Positions 12,501-27,098 of a DNA stretch of 64,000 nucleotides are shown piece after piece. The position numbers were made by a program, and so were the translations under genes. The notes under the pieces are model-generated. The model was not told the origin of the DNA and did no database searches. It saw only the letters and a list, made by a program, of their open reading frames with translations. This DNA comes from Phoronis australis. Its lineage: Eukaryota; Animalia; Phoronida. The first letter of the stretch is position 1; each line of letters opens with the position of its first letter. The stretch lies in the NCBI GenBank assembly GCA_002633005.1, contig NMRA01000518.1, positions 1 through 64,000 on the forward strand, read 5' to 3'.

Positions 12501-15500
12501 CACTGTTTGGGTTAAAACCTGTCCGAAATTTCTAGCTAATTTTTGCATGACTTTCTATTGTGTCATACTACTTCCATGCACTGGTTAATTTTTCAATAGT
12601 CTCTTCTTGTCTCTAGATGGCGATAGCGTTGTTGGTGGACAAAAATCAGCATCCTCAGGTGGATTTAATGCAGCTCAGCAGGATATTCCATCAATTTGCA
12701 CAAAAATATCCGTCTTAAAATGTTAGTGAGTAAAAGAAATTGCAAGTCTTGCCTACCAGAATTACCATCGTGTCAAACGAAAAACACTAATGTGGTTTCT
12801 CAATGTTATATTGTTGTACATTTCCAATTGATCAAGTTATGACACCTCAAAAGGATATGTTTTTATCATTTGCAACGTAATTACTGGGAAATTTGAACTT
12901 TTTTCTTGTTAAGTATTTTAGTGAAATGCGTGACATAGACAACACAGATTGCTGCCTGTCCACTGGTATTGTGCCTAGAATGGTCATCCCTCTCGTATGG
13001 TATTTCTTATGAGAACCACCTTTTATGAACTGCTGTTGGCATCCTTTTTGTTATTTGCCTTTGCAGGGCATCAAACAGCTGTAGTGCATTTGGCTTGTAT
13101 TTGTTTTCACAGACAATGGGTTGTTTTGATTAGTCTCTTTGAAACACTGAAGTCATCTTCCTATATCTCAATTGGCCCTGTGACCAGGCATATTTGTACT
13201 TGTGATGGTCATGTCTTGTTCTGAGGATGGGATCTTCTTCAAATGTTTTTGAGCTTATCTGACCATGGAACATTTACATCCTGTGGTTTCTTTGTTTAGA
13301 ATGACTGTATATTTTGCTGTTGAACTGCCTGGAAGGAATTTTGAAAATAAGTGAAAGATGCTACTAATTTAGACAGGACAGAAGGGGTGCATCTTGTTTC
13401 TCATCTAGTGTTGTATTGTTGTACAAACACAAGTTTATGAAGTATCCTCTACTGTATGTATCTATTGTCAGACCCCTTCTGGATCCTAGATTTGTCCCAC
13501 CTATTTAAATAATTATGTTAATAATGCGTTCTTTTTTATGCTCAGCACCAGAGTGAATGGAGGCCACTAAATAAGGTTTGAAATAACCTTAAACTACGTT
13601 TTAAACTTTAAAAAATTTCACATAATAACATGAGAATGTATTCATGCAACTATTACTGTTTTATATTTTTGCTTTTTTACTTATAATTATTAAATGTGCC
13701 AAAGGTAGAGAAAATTACAATGTCTTTATACTTAATTGTAATAAATTATATTTACTATTAATATGCATTGTGTTAAAATTGGGCTGCTCTAGTTCAGTTG
13801 AAATGGGATTTAACATGATGCCCGCCTGATTTAGCTTGAACTTAGTTTACTGACACTTACTGATAATTAGTTCTCTGGCACTAAGTTTCGTAGCACTTAG
13901 TTTGCACTTTTTGGATGATGTCTCTGTGTCAAGTGGGGAGAGACCATTCAACAAATTGAAGTTGATTAAAACATGGCTGCAGTCAACAATGATTAAAGAT
14001 CCATGGTCAAACCTTGCAGTTCTAAGAGGTGTTTGACTTCATTAACTTGGACAATTTAAGTGGCAGGTTTGCTGAGTAAAGGTGCACAGGACTACATTTT
14101 AAAAATTCCTTGCCTATCTGATTCGCTTTCTAGCCAAGTCACATTTTTTTATTCTTGTAAAGTTTTGGTAATTACTAGAGAAACTTTGTAAGGATATTTT
14201 TTAACCAATGTTGGCCTCTTGTAAGCTTAAATTTATTGTGGTTTAGTCGGTATGGTAAACTGAAGTTAAAAATTTCTGTCCTGAAAGGCATGCCAAGGGG
14301 CACAATTTGGTATTTTTGCACCGTGTTGCCGTAAACCCTCACAGCAAATGTGGTGTTGCTTTTTATACAATTGAAAAAAGGCACGCTACTTTGCGTATTA
14401 TGGGTTTACTGAAGTTCACTGATGTATTGTACAATAATTCTTCAGGTATTTTGCACAAAGATTAATCTAAAATGTTTGTTCTTCCATTTTTCAATGGTTT
14501 ACCATTTTGCAATAATGTGATTTTAGGAGATGTCCTATGACATCTACCCACTACAAACCATGCTGGTGTTAGACGAAAATGTCCTTATTCTTTACTTTTG
14601 TGGAGAAAATTAACAAAATGGAAGCGGTCAGAGGAGCTACACTTGGCGAAATTGACTGAAAATAATATTAGAGATGATGATGACAATGATGATGATGATG
14701 ACGAAGTGGTGAAATTCACCAAGTAATAAAATTTCAATTGTCTGTCATTGTGTGCTAAACAAGTGAAGAGATACCATACATCAACAGCTTTGTAGCTGTG
14801 TTGCACCAGGGTCAGGTATCGGAATGTTCGAGTCCTTAACACCATGATGAAGTGGGCAGTCAAACAGATAACTTTCGTAGCAAAATGCCACGATTGCAAC
14901 AGCCTCTGTAACTGGGTCCTTACTCAGATTTTAATAGCCACCCTATGTAAAAAATTTCTGCAACATCGCAACTTGATGATTGAATGAAATTTTAAGAGGA
15001 GTTCATGTCTTGTAATTGATGATGAGGGGTCGGCCGAGTTGGGCTCCTGTGGGTGGTGAAACCTTATGGCAAGAAACACAGCTCAAATCTGAATACCTGC
15101 AGATCTGAATAGATCTTACAATTTGAAATTTGACATGTAGCGTTCTGTATTTTGACAATTTCTCCCTCACTGTATGATGGGGATATTCAATAAATTATGA
15201 AATTTTGAGTTAGTCAGTTAACTTGTATACTTTGCCATCATGGCCTAGAGGCGAAGACGATCTCAACATCTAGTGGGCCTTTCAAAAAGAATCCCTTTCT
15301 GAACCTCTTGTATACTGATTTAAATTGTTTGCATGTACATCTAGGTTTAAAGTGGTCTATTTGTGCTCCTGAAATAAAAAGTTTGACTTTTTCTAAAGCT
15401 GTCAGTTAGGCTAAGTCACTGCAGCAGTCTACTTGACTACTTCTCTCAACCTTGCACCACGACCATCATGAGTAAATTAGATTATTGCATTTTAAATTGT

Positions 15501-18500
15501 AACCACATTGGCCACTCAAGTTCCACTTGTTGGCATGTATTTTTGGAAAATTTCAGGTCACAGTCAGAGAAGATGTAGACTGTGTTCCTGTCATGATTGA
15601 TGGTATCAATAGCGGACTTTTGGTATTAGCCTTAGCCTATCTAGAGTAATGAGAGCGGCACAGCGCGAAAATGACTTCTGTTTAATCCTGACTCAGAATC
15701 TGTAGTCAAATGACAGACATTCAATTACACATCTTGGTTCATTTATAAAAACAGATTAATAAATTCCACTGCCAGCCCCTCCCATTTGTCTCAGTTCACC
15801 CCAAACTATTTTAACTTTTTACTTTGGCTGGGATCGAAATTCACTGCAGTCACTGGCTTTGTAGCAAATTGTTCGCAGAGGAAAATGTATGGAATATGGT
15901 GTCCGTGTTCCTCTATTGATATTTCAAGAGGTTTGCCTTTTTCTGTAAAGCATTAGTACACCCTACGCACATTTGGAAATTTGCAGATATTGTGATAACA
16001 CAAAAGGTGTCAATAACGCTTTTACGGTAATACCTTCTGCCTCCCACCTGCATTACATGGGAGCCATAGGTATGACACTGAATGCCTGTCTACCTGCCTG
16101 CTTTAAAAAATGATGACTTGGACGGTTGGACCAAGAGAGAAAAAGATGGTTTGTTTTGAAACAGCCTTGGCAGAAATGATGTTGAAATGAAGAATTTTAA
16201 CATTTATGATTCATAAATTCATTGAAACCTACAGTTTAGACATAAATTGATATTATAGACCGTTACCTTGTGTTTTTATCGTAAATGTCATGCTGACCAT
16301 TTGCAAATGTTGGCAGCCATGTTTTTGGGGAATTGCTGGCTGTCCTGTAACGCCAGGATGATCTCATACGGAATCACCGCATATGGCATGCTTGCACCAT
16401 GTCCATTGTATCAAAGAAAGTGGCAATAAGATAAACTTGTTCCTAATAAAGATAATGATGATAACATTAATTTTAAGAAAATGGCAAAAAACAGGATTAG
16501 AACTTGCAGTCTACTTTCCTGAACAACAATGGTGTGAATCCCCTGTGCCATGTTGTATACTGAATGGATGGCATGCCCTTCCACTGGAATGTCCCCTATT
16601 GGTGTCCTGGCCATCAAGGATCAACCCCTGTCAAGGCAATGGTACTAATGACAGGAAGAATGTGGGGGTGTTCTATCAATGAGAATTCCAGATGTCAGTG
16701 TCACTGTCTTGCTACATACTAGCTCTGTTGAATTTTCATAATCACTCTGCATGAGGTGACTCCAGTTTCCTAGTTCTTCCATTTTTCTCTGGTTTATGTT
16801 TGTGCTTTATCCTGTGATGTCAAAAATTTGACACATTGAAGTCACAATTCACCTGGCTTATACATTTTTTGATATATGCATCAAGTCTTAACTGAACTCC
16901 TTGTTGCCATAAAATTTGTTTCAATTCCTCCCTTACTCAGATTGGAATAATTGATTTCTAGGCTTGAGATTCACAGAAAAGTCATTAGGGTAATGCTTCA
17001 CTCAATGTGGTTGTTGAGTGAAAATTTATTTCGTCAAATTTCTCAACAAAAATTAAGATTAAAAAAATTTATGTCTCGTGTTGATGTAAAGCAAATTCTT
17101 GGTTTCTGCTGTGATTTCATGTGCTGAAAGTCAAGAAACTTTCTACCAAATGATGAAATAGATTAGTTTTGCCCCTGAACATTTGTGGCTTCAAAAGTCA
17201 AGACTGTCTTTTAAAAATATTTTAAATTTTGGGAAAATCAAAATAAGCTATTATAACAGTGTTCTCCACAACAAAAATAAAACTCAACTGAAAGTTCAAA
17301 ATTCACGTAGGTGTGTGCGGAAGTCCAGATGTATTGTCACATATTGTGTTTGTTGTGGTCCAAGTGTGTATATTTTAGTGGATTAGTCACTGTATTACCT
17401 AACTTTTGAGTTACTGTTAAGTTCATTTTATTGGAGAACATGGTTAGCAATACTTCCTATTTTTAGAATTGTTTAGAATTGTGCCACTATCTGGTATATG
17501 TTCATCAAATTTGATTGGTTGGTTCTTGTATCTCTTATTTTGGTGGATTTTTTGAGTCTCTTTATATTCCAAGTTATTTCTCGTATTCAGTCGTTTTCTA
17601 TTTACCAGTTTCCTTCCTACACTACTACACTGGCACTCTTCAATAAACTGGTGGAGTCACATCTCCCAAGTTTTTCTCTATGTGTCTATTCATTGACATC
17701 TACCTGTTGAACCACCTCAGTTTGTAACCACATACTTGGTGCTGTGACCTATCAGAAGAAAATGGATCTGCAAAGGAGCAACGCCAATAAGTAAATCAAG
17801 GAGTCCAAACTGAAGATATTCAAAACGCGTAACAACAGAATACAATGAGGAACCGAGGAAGTCTGACAGAAACCATGACCCGAGTCCAAAGGTACTGGCA
17901 CTATGCTTTGAAATAATGATTTACTGAACATCCTAAGTGCCATTTACGGTACAAAAGATGACACGGATCAGCTGACACAGAATGAGATGAGCGAGTACAA
18001 GTACGTGTGTAAATAGGACTGAGACGAAGCAAATTAGTCCACGGTGACAACTTTTGATACCCGTTTGTGAGGTAGAGCAACTGCGTCCGATCATCTTGCT
18101 CCATGTCTACTGTGTAGTTGCATTTACACAAGAGACAGTTAATAGGGAGCAGCTAACATGGAACAGCTGATCTGTTTAAGTGTGCGTGTAAACACTTCTG
18201 ACACCTGGACGGCCATTTTTGACACTGGTTTGATTAGTAGAGTGAGTTGCACTCATCAGTTGCCCCAGTTTCAATTACACTTCTAAACACAACTGGGACA
18301 GGGCGGAAAGAGATCATCTTTCAATACTTTTGCGCATTTTCGTATATTTTGGTGATCTGCTGGTATTCCATGTTGTTTTGACGGTCATTATTTTTTATTT
18401 AAGCATGCTCAGACAGTCTAAATATGTAAATGACTCATGCTGATCCAGTTCTTGATCTAATGTCGTCTAAATGTGACTAAAGTGGAGTAAGTTGCGCCGT

Positions 18501-19084
18501 GACAACTAACATGGTGACAACTGTCTCTCATGTAAAAGTGGCTTGTGTCTAAATGCGAAACTGGGGCAAGCTGGAAGGGATCATCTCTATTGCGCTTGCG
18601 AAAAAAAGGCACATATTCAGGTGATCAATTTCGCCCAATTTTTACGATTTGCCAGTCAGTGCCTTGTCTTTTAACTTCAATCCTGACCACCATTTATTTT
18701 GTTTGTCAGTTGTCAGAATATTACAGTTAACAGTCAGGACTGGGTTCTATTCAAATGCTTGGTTATGTACAGTCATTGAAGCAAAACACAATGTCATGTA
18801 CACTTGGGGTCATTTAGAAGCAACATAACAACAACAACCGCAACAATAATAATAATAATAATAACAAATAAAAACAAGTAATGAACTGTGACTCCCTCAG
18901 TTTGCATCTTTGAGCAGGAGCACTACACATTTTCTGCTTACAACCTTGCTATGGTTTCTGAGTTGTGTGTTTGTAACTGGCCACTTCATACCACATCTTG
19001 TGCCATGTCAAAAGCCAATGTCTAAATGGGACTCTAGTAAGGGTAACAGTTAGCAGTCATCAAGCAGTGAATATACCAGCCAGA

Positions 19085-19238
19085 GATCAACCCAACTTGG
19101 TTGGCTGATCAGGGGGTCAGTTGGTTCCAAATCACCGTGGAGGAATGCAGAGGATGTACTTTTAGTCAAAGACTAACCCAACTTGGTTGGCTAGTCAGGG
19201 GTCTGACCGTTCTAAATGACCATGGGGAATGCAGAGGA
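19085..19238. repeat. Direct duplication (period 86 bp) of a hairpin-containing unit
   Basis: ACCCAACTTGGTTGGC...GGAATGCAGAGGA at 19090 and 19176. Confidence 0.85.
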
Positions 19239-20627
19239 AGTTAATAATGTGTGCTCTGTTTGTCTTTGGAGATCTTGATTTGATTAACATAAGTGGAAAT
19301 AGTTGCAGATTAATCTAATGAGGTGCACTGTTATGGAGTCAGACTGTTGTTGCCTGTGTCAAGAAAGGTAGAGATAGAGATTTGTCCCTGAAGCATAAAA
19401 TCAATTTGCATCCAGCTGTGAAAGAGGATAAAATTACATAATATCATGCTGCAGAATAGAGACTAAAATAAAAGGGCATTTCTTGCTATATTCAAAACGT
19501 TAAACACAAATTATATGCTACACAAAATATGTCTCAAAGCTTCCCATGCCATCAAAGGTGTGTCAGGTAGGATGGACCAGTTTCCAAAAAATAATGAAAA
19601 ATTTGGGCAAGTTACGAAAATATAGGCAAAGTAAGAAATCCAATTGTGCTTTTGCGTCCAGTGTTACAAACTGACCTTTTTATGGTCATCAGCTTCCAAA
19701 AAAAAAATGCCCCAAAAATGGTTAGTTTCGTAACAGTGACAAGTGATCTTGGAATATTGGCAGACAGTAAATGCTGACATGGCAAGAAAATTTCAACACC
19801 GTTTTGTTGTAGTTATATTCTTTAAAGTTGTTGTGTACTGTTATGATAGTCTTGCTACTTGTATTGTTTGAAAGGATGGTATTAAAAGTTCAAATTTGAT
19901 TGATTAATCAAATACTCGAGGTTCCATCAATATTGGATAATGTGCGACCATTAAGTAAAATATGCATGATTTCAAAACATCACTTTTTGTACTAATCAAC
20001 TGTAATAAGAAGAATTTCTTTACATTTTGTTTATCCACATAAAGTTAACTAAAGGGAACTGGTGGGCATCTACAAAGTTACAGCATGAATTTTGTGTGGC
20101 CGAGAGACATGTGTGCACTGTGATTTTTTGCAGCAGAAATGTGCCATTTTTGCCCAAAAGCAACATTGCCACTATCTGTTTTCAACTTTTATTTCGCACA
20201 AAAATTATTGCTGAAATCATCATTTTCTATTTTTCAAAGACCGATTGATTAAAATGTATGGAGGCGTTATCAAATGTTGACACAGTGCATCTCAATTTTT
20301 GTTATGAAATTGAACAATTAAAGTAGAATTTTAGTTGTCGCTATGTTGTGTGCTAAATAGGTGTAAAGAATTAACCGTATACATGGCGACACAGCACACT
20401 AATCCTTATACTGAAGCTGTTCACATGGTAGATTTAACTGCTTCATAAGAGGGAAGTTCTCTGTTGCCCATTTAGAGGACATTTTTTGTCAAAAAGAAAC
20501 CAACTGACATACATTTTGAAAATGTAAATCATCTACTCAAATGTAAATTATTTGTCAAGAAAAATCAACCAGTTTCATTAATGAGCAGCTGGTATAAACC
20601 ACTTCCTGTTTCATGCTGAGACATTCA

Positions 20628-22277
20628 TTTTTTTGCGCCCACTGCATTATACCATCATCTCTGTCCGGCGTCCGGCGTCCGCTGCTCTATCTCCAAAACC
20701 CTTTGACATACGTTCATTAAATTTGGCACATATGTTCCATTCATGAATGGGACGGCATGAGCGAACTTTCGGATGAATCTGTTTACTAGTTGCAATTTTA
20801 GTGTTTTACGCTTAGCTTTGTATCTTCAAAAGTCCTTAACAGATTTTCATGAAATTTGGTATGTAGGCGTTTATTAGTGAGATGACACTATCCTCTCGTT
20901 TTCGGATGGATTCGACGTAGTTTGCACCACCTAGTGGCCATTGTTGCTGTTTTCAAATCGTGTTTTTGGCGTCCACCCCTCTATCAACCAAACCGCTCAA
21001 ATGATGATTGTGAAAATTGGCGTGCATGTTCTTACTATGAAGGGGACGGTTGACGATGATTTTCTGACGATTTCGACTACTGTGGCACCTCCTAGTTTTA
21101 TTTTTTTACGCCTGCGGCCTATGGCTGTATCTTCTAAACCGTTCGCAGGATCTTTATGAAATTTAATAAGTATATTTATAGGGTGTTAACAACAGACGAC
21201 GACGACGACTTTCGGACAGATCTGACGACTGGTGTGCCATCTAGTGGCAATTTAAGTTTTTTACGTTTACCTCTGTATCTTCAAAAGCCCTGAACGGATT
21301 TTCATAAAATTTGGTATAGAGGCACCTATTAGGGAGATGACGCTATCCTCCCTTTTGGGATGGATTCGACATAGTTTGCGCCACCTAGTGGCCATTTTTA
21401 CTGTTTTCTAGTTTTTGGCGTCCACTAATCTGTCAACTAAACCGTTTTCAGGATAGTTGTGAACATTGGCATTACTTTTTACTATGAAGTGGACGGCTGA
21501 CGATGATTTTCTGACGACTTCGACTACCGGGGCGCCTCCTAGTGGCAGTTTTTTTGTTGCGCTCATGGCTGTGTCTCCTAAACTGTTTGCAGGATCTTTA
21601 CTTAATTTAGCAAGTGTATTTATATGATGTTGACTATGGACGACGACGACTTTCGGACAGATCTGACTGCTGCTGTCCCCCTATTGGCAATATAAGGTTT
21701 TCACGTTTAACTCTGTATCTTCAAAGGTCATAAAATTTTAAATATAGGCATCTATTGCTGTGATGATGCTATCTTCCTGTTTTTGGATGGAATCGGGGTA
21801 TTTTGCACCACCTAGTGGCCATTGTTGATGTTTTCAAATCTTGTTTTTGGCGTCCACCCCTGTACCAACCAAATCATTTGAAAATTGGCATATATGTTCT
21901 CAGTGTGAAGACGACTTTTGATGATGGTGACGTGACTACTCTCGGACCTCCTAGTGGTAGTTTTGTTTTGCGCCCATAGTTGTATCTCCTAAACCCACTG
22001 CAGGATCTTTATTAAATTTAGTAAGTGTATTTATATGACTCTCAGGTGGATCTAACGGACGCTGTGCCCGCTAGTGTCAATTTCATTTTATTTTGTTTGC
22101 CTTTGTTTCTCTGAAGTTCCTTGATAGATTTTTATGAAATATGGGACGTTCCTGTTTTTGGATGGATTGCATGTTTTTGTGCCATCTAGTGGCCATTTTT
22201 ATGATACAAATAAATAACCCTAAAAGCACACCATTTGTTGGCGCATTTCAACGCTCCGCCTTCGCGTTGCTCTTGTT
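20628..22277 (+). mobile_element. HINE/DINE-1-like element, copy 2 (more diverged, opposite orientation to copy 1)
   Basis: Starts TTTTTTTGCGCCCAC..CTGTCCGGCGTCC, contains about 10 core units with GCRCCHCCTAGTGG-like motifs, and ends GGCGCATTTCAACGC..GCGTTGCTCTTGTT. Reverse-complement match to 2319-3750. Confidence 0.85.
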
Positions 22278-22974
22278 GTATTGTTTTGTCCTATTATTGT
22301 GTTTAGTTTTAGGCTACTAAATACAAACAACTACAACTCATAGTTATTTTGGACTTGACCAGAAGCTTGCTTCAGCTTGGTATGTTTAAAAAAACCCGTA
22401 TTGTGAAGATGAAACCTTATGCAATGAAACTTACAATTGGACACTGAAATGTTGAAAACTTTACCTCATTTAGTTGTCTGCTTTTTAAAATACATTTCAC
22501 ATCTTACCTTTTGATATTGTGAGACCAGATGTCAAATTGACAAAATGGAGTTTGTTTTAGGGCGTTGTGTTTCTGTGCCTAATAGGTGAGAACCTCCTGT
22601 AGATAGTTTCCCTTTACAGATTAACGTTAGAGTTTACTCCTGTCTCATGACATTTGACTGCTAGTCAAATCCATTTGCAAGTGATTCGATAAAGAAATTC
22701 TGAAGTTACAAATTAAACTTTTTACAAGGTCTCATATTATACTTCATTGACGTATTATGAGTCATGTTAAGGAATTCCATTTGGTAATGAGATATTCCAT
22801 TACACAACAGGAGTTCACTTACTCTGAATCAGTGTGTGATACTACAGCTTGGGGAATTTTGCATTTTTTAAAGAGACTAAGAACTTCCCGTGACACCATG
22901 AAGTATTTCCTGGAGAGTTTTGGACTAGTTACTTGTTGAAATGAAATTTTTCTAAGTATGTTGTTTTGTCAGTG

Positions 22975-24420
22975 CTTTCAGTTTGTTTCTTGTCCGCACG
23001 TTACAGATCGCAATTCTTTCCGGTTCAATGAAATTTACACATGTGTGCCTCGTGAATAGTTTTTCGGCATGATCAGATTCAAGATGGCGGATCTGGTGGC
23101 CATTTTGTTTTCAAAATTCAGATTCAAATGCTCATAGAAACCGCCATTTTTGATGTACACGGCTGAAAATTGTACATTTATTGTAGGAGATGTGTATTAC
23201 ACATGGGGTAAATCATCAATTTCTGGTCAAAAATGGCAGAAATATCAACCATTGCGTTTGTGCACCTCGATTTCAGGACGAAAATGTTTTGTCCTGTAGA
23301 GGATGCATTATAGAACCATTTGATTAGAAATTTTTCATTTGTTAGTTCCTTGTGAGTAGCTACTACTATCAAGTGCTGCTTAACCAAAATGGCGGATCTG
23401 ATGTATTTTCATCATTTTTCAATTGAGTGCTAGGGTGCTATTTTGAACAGGAAGACCCTAGATTTTTGCATGTGGATTCTTTAGGGTGTACTTTATCAAA
23501 TAAACAGTTACAATTTTCTCCTTGTACTTACCGTTTTTGAGTTTGTGACTTTCAACATAAAAAATCCAAAATTTGAATTTTTTTGAAAAATTTGTGGAAC
23601 TCCTTTTTTGGGTAGAATTTTGAACAGGCTTTCAGAAGACGTTTCCCAGGATGTCTCTTTTTTTAATTGTTCAGGATTTGCGTACGACCCTGCTCCTTTA
23701 TTGACTGATTTTTGCTGCACTTATGTGTTTTTTGTTTGTTTCTTTGTTCACATGCCAAAGATTGCAATTCTTATCTCATCAACGTGAAATTTACACAATG
23801 TATTTCATGAATGGCTCAAAGCCTATTGTTATTGGATGAAATCGGATGCAAGATGCTGGCCATTTTTCCCTTTTTTGTTTGCGGAGCCATCGCCCCGCTG
23901 CTTCTGGTCGGATTTTTCAGACTTTACTTTGTGCGGATAGATCATTTCAAGGGCTACCACAAATGTCGCATTTGTTTTTCTCTAGTTCTTACCGTTCTTG
24001 AGTCATTCGAGATTTTCTGAGGGCTAATATCCAACAAACAACTTAGTTTTTTGCGGTATTTTCAGTGTACCATGACGGATTGATCTGAAATTTGGTACGT
24101 GGATATAGCTTTTCATGCACTGTGCAACCTGTTTCATGCTATGACTTACCGTTCTTGCAATTACTGCTCAGATGACGGCTTTTTTGTTGATTAGTTAATT
24201 TTAGCTGCACCTTGGGCTGTCATACTTGTGCTCTAGATTGCAGTTTTCATCTAATCGACTTGAAAGGTTTACCCAGTGAGTCAATAGCCCGAGGATACTT
24301 GTTCTTGGACGAAGTCAGATGGAAGGTGGCGCTGTGACAGTCATGTTTCAAACTATGTTTCCATAATTCTTTGACTGAACCTTTCTTAAATTTGGTTTGT
24401 AAATAGATCTCCTTGCTTGC
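22975..24420. repeat. Degenerate interspersed repeat with CAARATGGCGG/GCCATTTT motifs (related remnant at ~33650-33860)
   Basis: Recurrent blocks ATTGCAATTC..GAAATTTACACA..CAAGATGGCGG at ~23000-23100, ~23760-23860 and ~24240-24330. Boundaries approximate. Confidence 0.45.
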
Positions 24421-25229
24421 TATCTAATTCCTTAGTGTAACAAGTGTCGTGGGGGGGGGGGGGGGGGGNAGAGTCCGACCCCACCTTTAAATTTTGAATT
24501 TCTTTCACCTAATGTCATTTTTTTAAATTCCCCTCTGGAGTCTTTCTACACCTTAGCCAAAATGCCAGTTCCAGGTGCCATTGAAAAAGTCATTAATGAA
24601 AACCACACAAGACACCACCACATGATAACATGCCAGTGCAGACTGTAGTGGCATTTCTTGCCGCTCTATTGTTTAATGGGGGTCACAGGGTGCAGTCTCT
24701 AATCTGACCAAGATTTTGTGTAAGTTACCAGCAATGAGGGATCGTCATGTTTCCCCTCAAAATTAGTCTCAGTCCTGTGAAGGAAAGAGCAGGGTGTTTC
24801 TTGATGGTGGAGACAGACAGAATGTCAGGTTGGCTCTGTAATTTCTCTTTGATCTTAATTAATCCTGAGTGCCAGTTGTTGTATTGTGAGTTTGTCAGAG
24901 GAGGAAACTTGCTATTGTCTGTTTTTTATAAATTACGTGCAGCGTGTTACATAAATTCTATTATCAATGAGTTGAAATAGGTGTTGAGTTTTGTTACTAT
25001 GGTTACTAGAGGTCATGTTTTAGCACCAGGGCGATTTCCTTCTTGAAATTATGAAAAATCAGATACCTATTCTGTATTTTTTATCACGAGGACCACTTTC
25101 TGTACTATATTTTTATCTTGAGGACCATTTTTGAGAGTAAGTTGAGAAATGAAGAAGCAATTTAATGAATGGCAGTAAAGTTTATACCGTAACCTTCGTG
25201 CATGTTTGCGTAACTGAGTAATCCGCCAG

Positions 25230-25600
25230 GCCCCCTGCGGGAATCAAGGAACCTCTCCGCCCAACTTCACCTGAAGAGGCAAACTCATAATTCAAAGAAA
25301 GACAGTACCAACAGTACCTTTCACCAATATGCCACAGGACAATCCTCTGATGCTCTAAAAGTACGCTGCATACCAGTTATGAAGTTTTTGTACTGGTGAA
25401 TCTGATATTCGTGGGTACATTTTGCCATCATCCCTGTCTGGTGACCTGATGGCTGTGGCTGTATCTCCTAAACCCCTTGCAATATACCAATTAGTTTTGG
25501 CAGATGTGTTCCTATGAAGCTGACCTGGATGATGGTGAGTTTTGGACTGATTTGACTGTGGCGGATGTAGGATACCATAAGAGGGGTCCAACATTTTGTC
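25230..25600 (-). pseudogene. Possible decayed P2X7-cytoplasmic-domain/KolX-like coding relic
   Basis: Ordered motifs HPG..NW..YAAY(stop)..CGILVKG..RFLD resemble HPxF..LNxWxL..RYxAYR..GxLGKG..RFP of that family. Stops and frameshifts are present. Confidence 0.35.
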
Positions 25601-27098
25601 TTGGGAACCGCGTGAAGGGCAAAGGACGCTCGCATGTACTCGAATTTGTGAGGGGCTTGGACTACTAAAAAAAAGAGAAAAAACGGCAAACTAATTCTTA
25701 CGCACATACGATCTAAAACTGCAGCATCGTTAAATCAGCTGCGTGTTAATTACCAGGGTTAGTTAATTATCTCAACATTTCTTCCCGCTCTTGCTCTTTT
25801 ATTTTTTCCGGTAGCCAAGGGGGGCCCTGGGCCCTCCCTCAATCCGCCTATGTCTAACTACCACTGTGCCCTCTAGTGGCAATTTTATTTTTTACGTTGA
25901 CCTCTTTAACATTCCTTGATGTTTTATCACGAAATTTGGCTAATGGGTTGTTATGATAATAGCACTGTTCCATTTTGTGGCCGATTTGAGGTATTCTGGC
26001 CACCTAGGGGCTGATGTGCTCTTACTGACAGTAGAACATGGCTGACGTTGATTTTCAGACAGTACCGATTACTGTAGTGCCCTCAAGTGGTATTCTTTAC
26101 ATCTACGCCTATACTTCCTCGCAGAATTTTTGAGAAATGCAATTTCTACCTGAGACCGCTTATGTATTGCTGCTGGGTAGGCAGTGTTTAAAAGGTGGTG
26201 CAAAAAATGTCTTATCATTATCATTAAGTTGTAATTTAAAACATTGGTTTTACTGGGGTGCCTGATTCTCCTTCTCAACCGCGACGTATTGGTTGGTTGT
26301 TAATCTTTTTTGGAAAACTGGACACAGTTTAAACCTTTCTGGCCATTCTTTTGATCTGGACTGGGCCATAAGCCTTTATGTATGTTTGGAGGCAGTAGTG
26401 AGCAGTCTTGCGTCATTGGACAGATCAGCTGGCGGTTATAAACACATTTATGCAACTGTTTGTCTGCCTTAAAATGCATTAAAGTTCATCTGATTTGCTA
26501 AATGGATTACTTGTGTGTTCATCCAGACTAAGTGTGTTGGTTTGTTGCGTAACACAGTATTGTGTCTGGGGGTGGACAGGTCATGGTCATGCCACGTCCA
26601 GTGAAAATCCAACATGGTGCAAATTGCAAACTTGCACTCCAGCTTTTTAGGCCTTAATCTTCCTTCTAATGCACATTAAGAACTAGCTGTCACACCAGAT
26701 ACCTGGATCCAATCTTAACTCGAAATACAACTGAAAATTATTTGTAACATTTTCCATATACTTTTGTAAGAACTCGAGAAAACTGGCCGTTATTCTAGTC
26801 TCAAGTATATTGTGGTTTATTTGGATGACTGTAATCCTGTTTTGAACCCAGCATCAAAACCATAGGTCTGAACTCGAAATTTCAAGTTTTACTCAAATTA
26901 TTAACTAGAATCTGGGGGTCATCGAGTGCAATTTTGGATTGTGGTTTGCATAATCTATACTACATACTCAGACTCATAATAATACATAATTATCTTAAGT
27001 TTGTATTAAAGGACAGCTGTGAATGTACTTTCGCATTCAATTTCAAGTAAAAAGATTAGACCCTGGCAGCAAATTTTCACTGCTGAGGATGCCAATTA

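Noticed and set aside
12617-12658. 42-nt phase-1 symmetric micro-exon candidate (DGDSVVGGQKSASS)
   Set aside because: Good acceptor but weak donor (GTGGAT), and it would lie ahead of the signal peptide. Not supportable without reads.
17560-18020. Possible LINE ORF2 remnants (also ~6000-6450 and ~16380-16680)
   Set aside because: Only vague motif resemblance and no RT catalytic motif; needs blastx.
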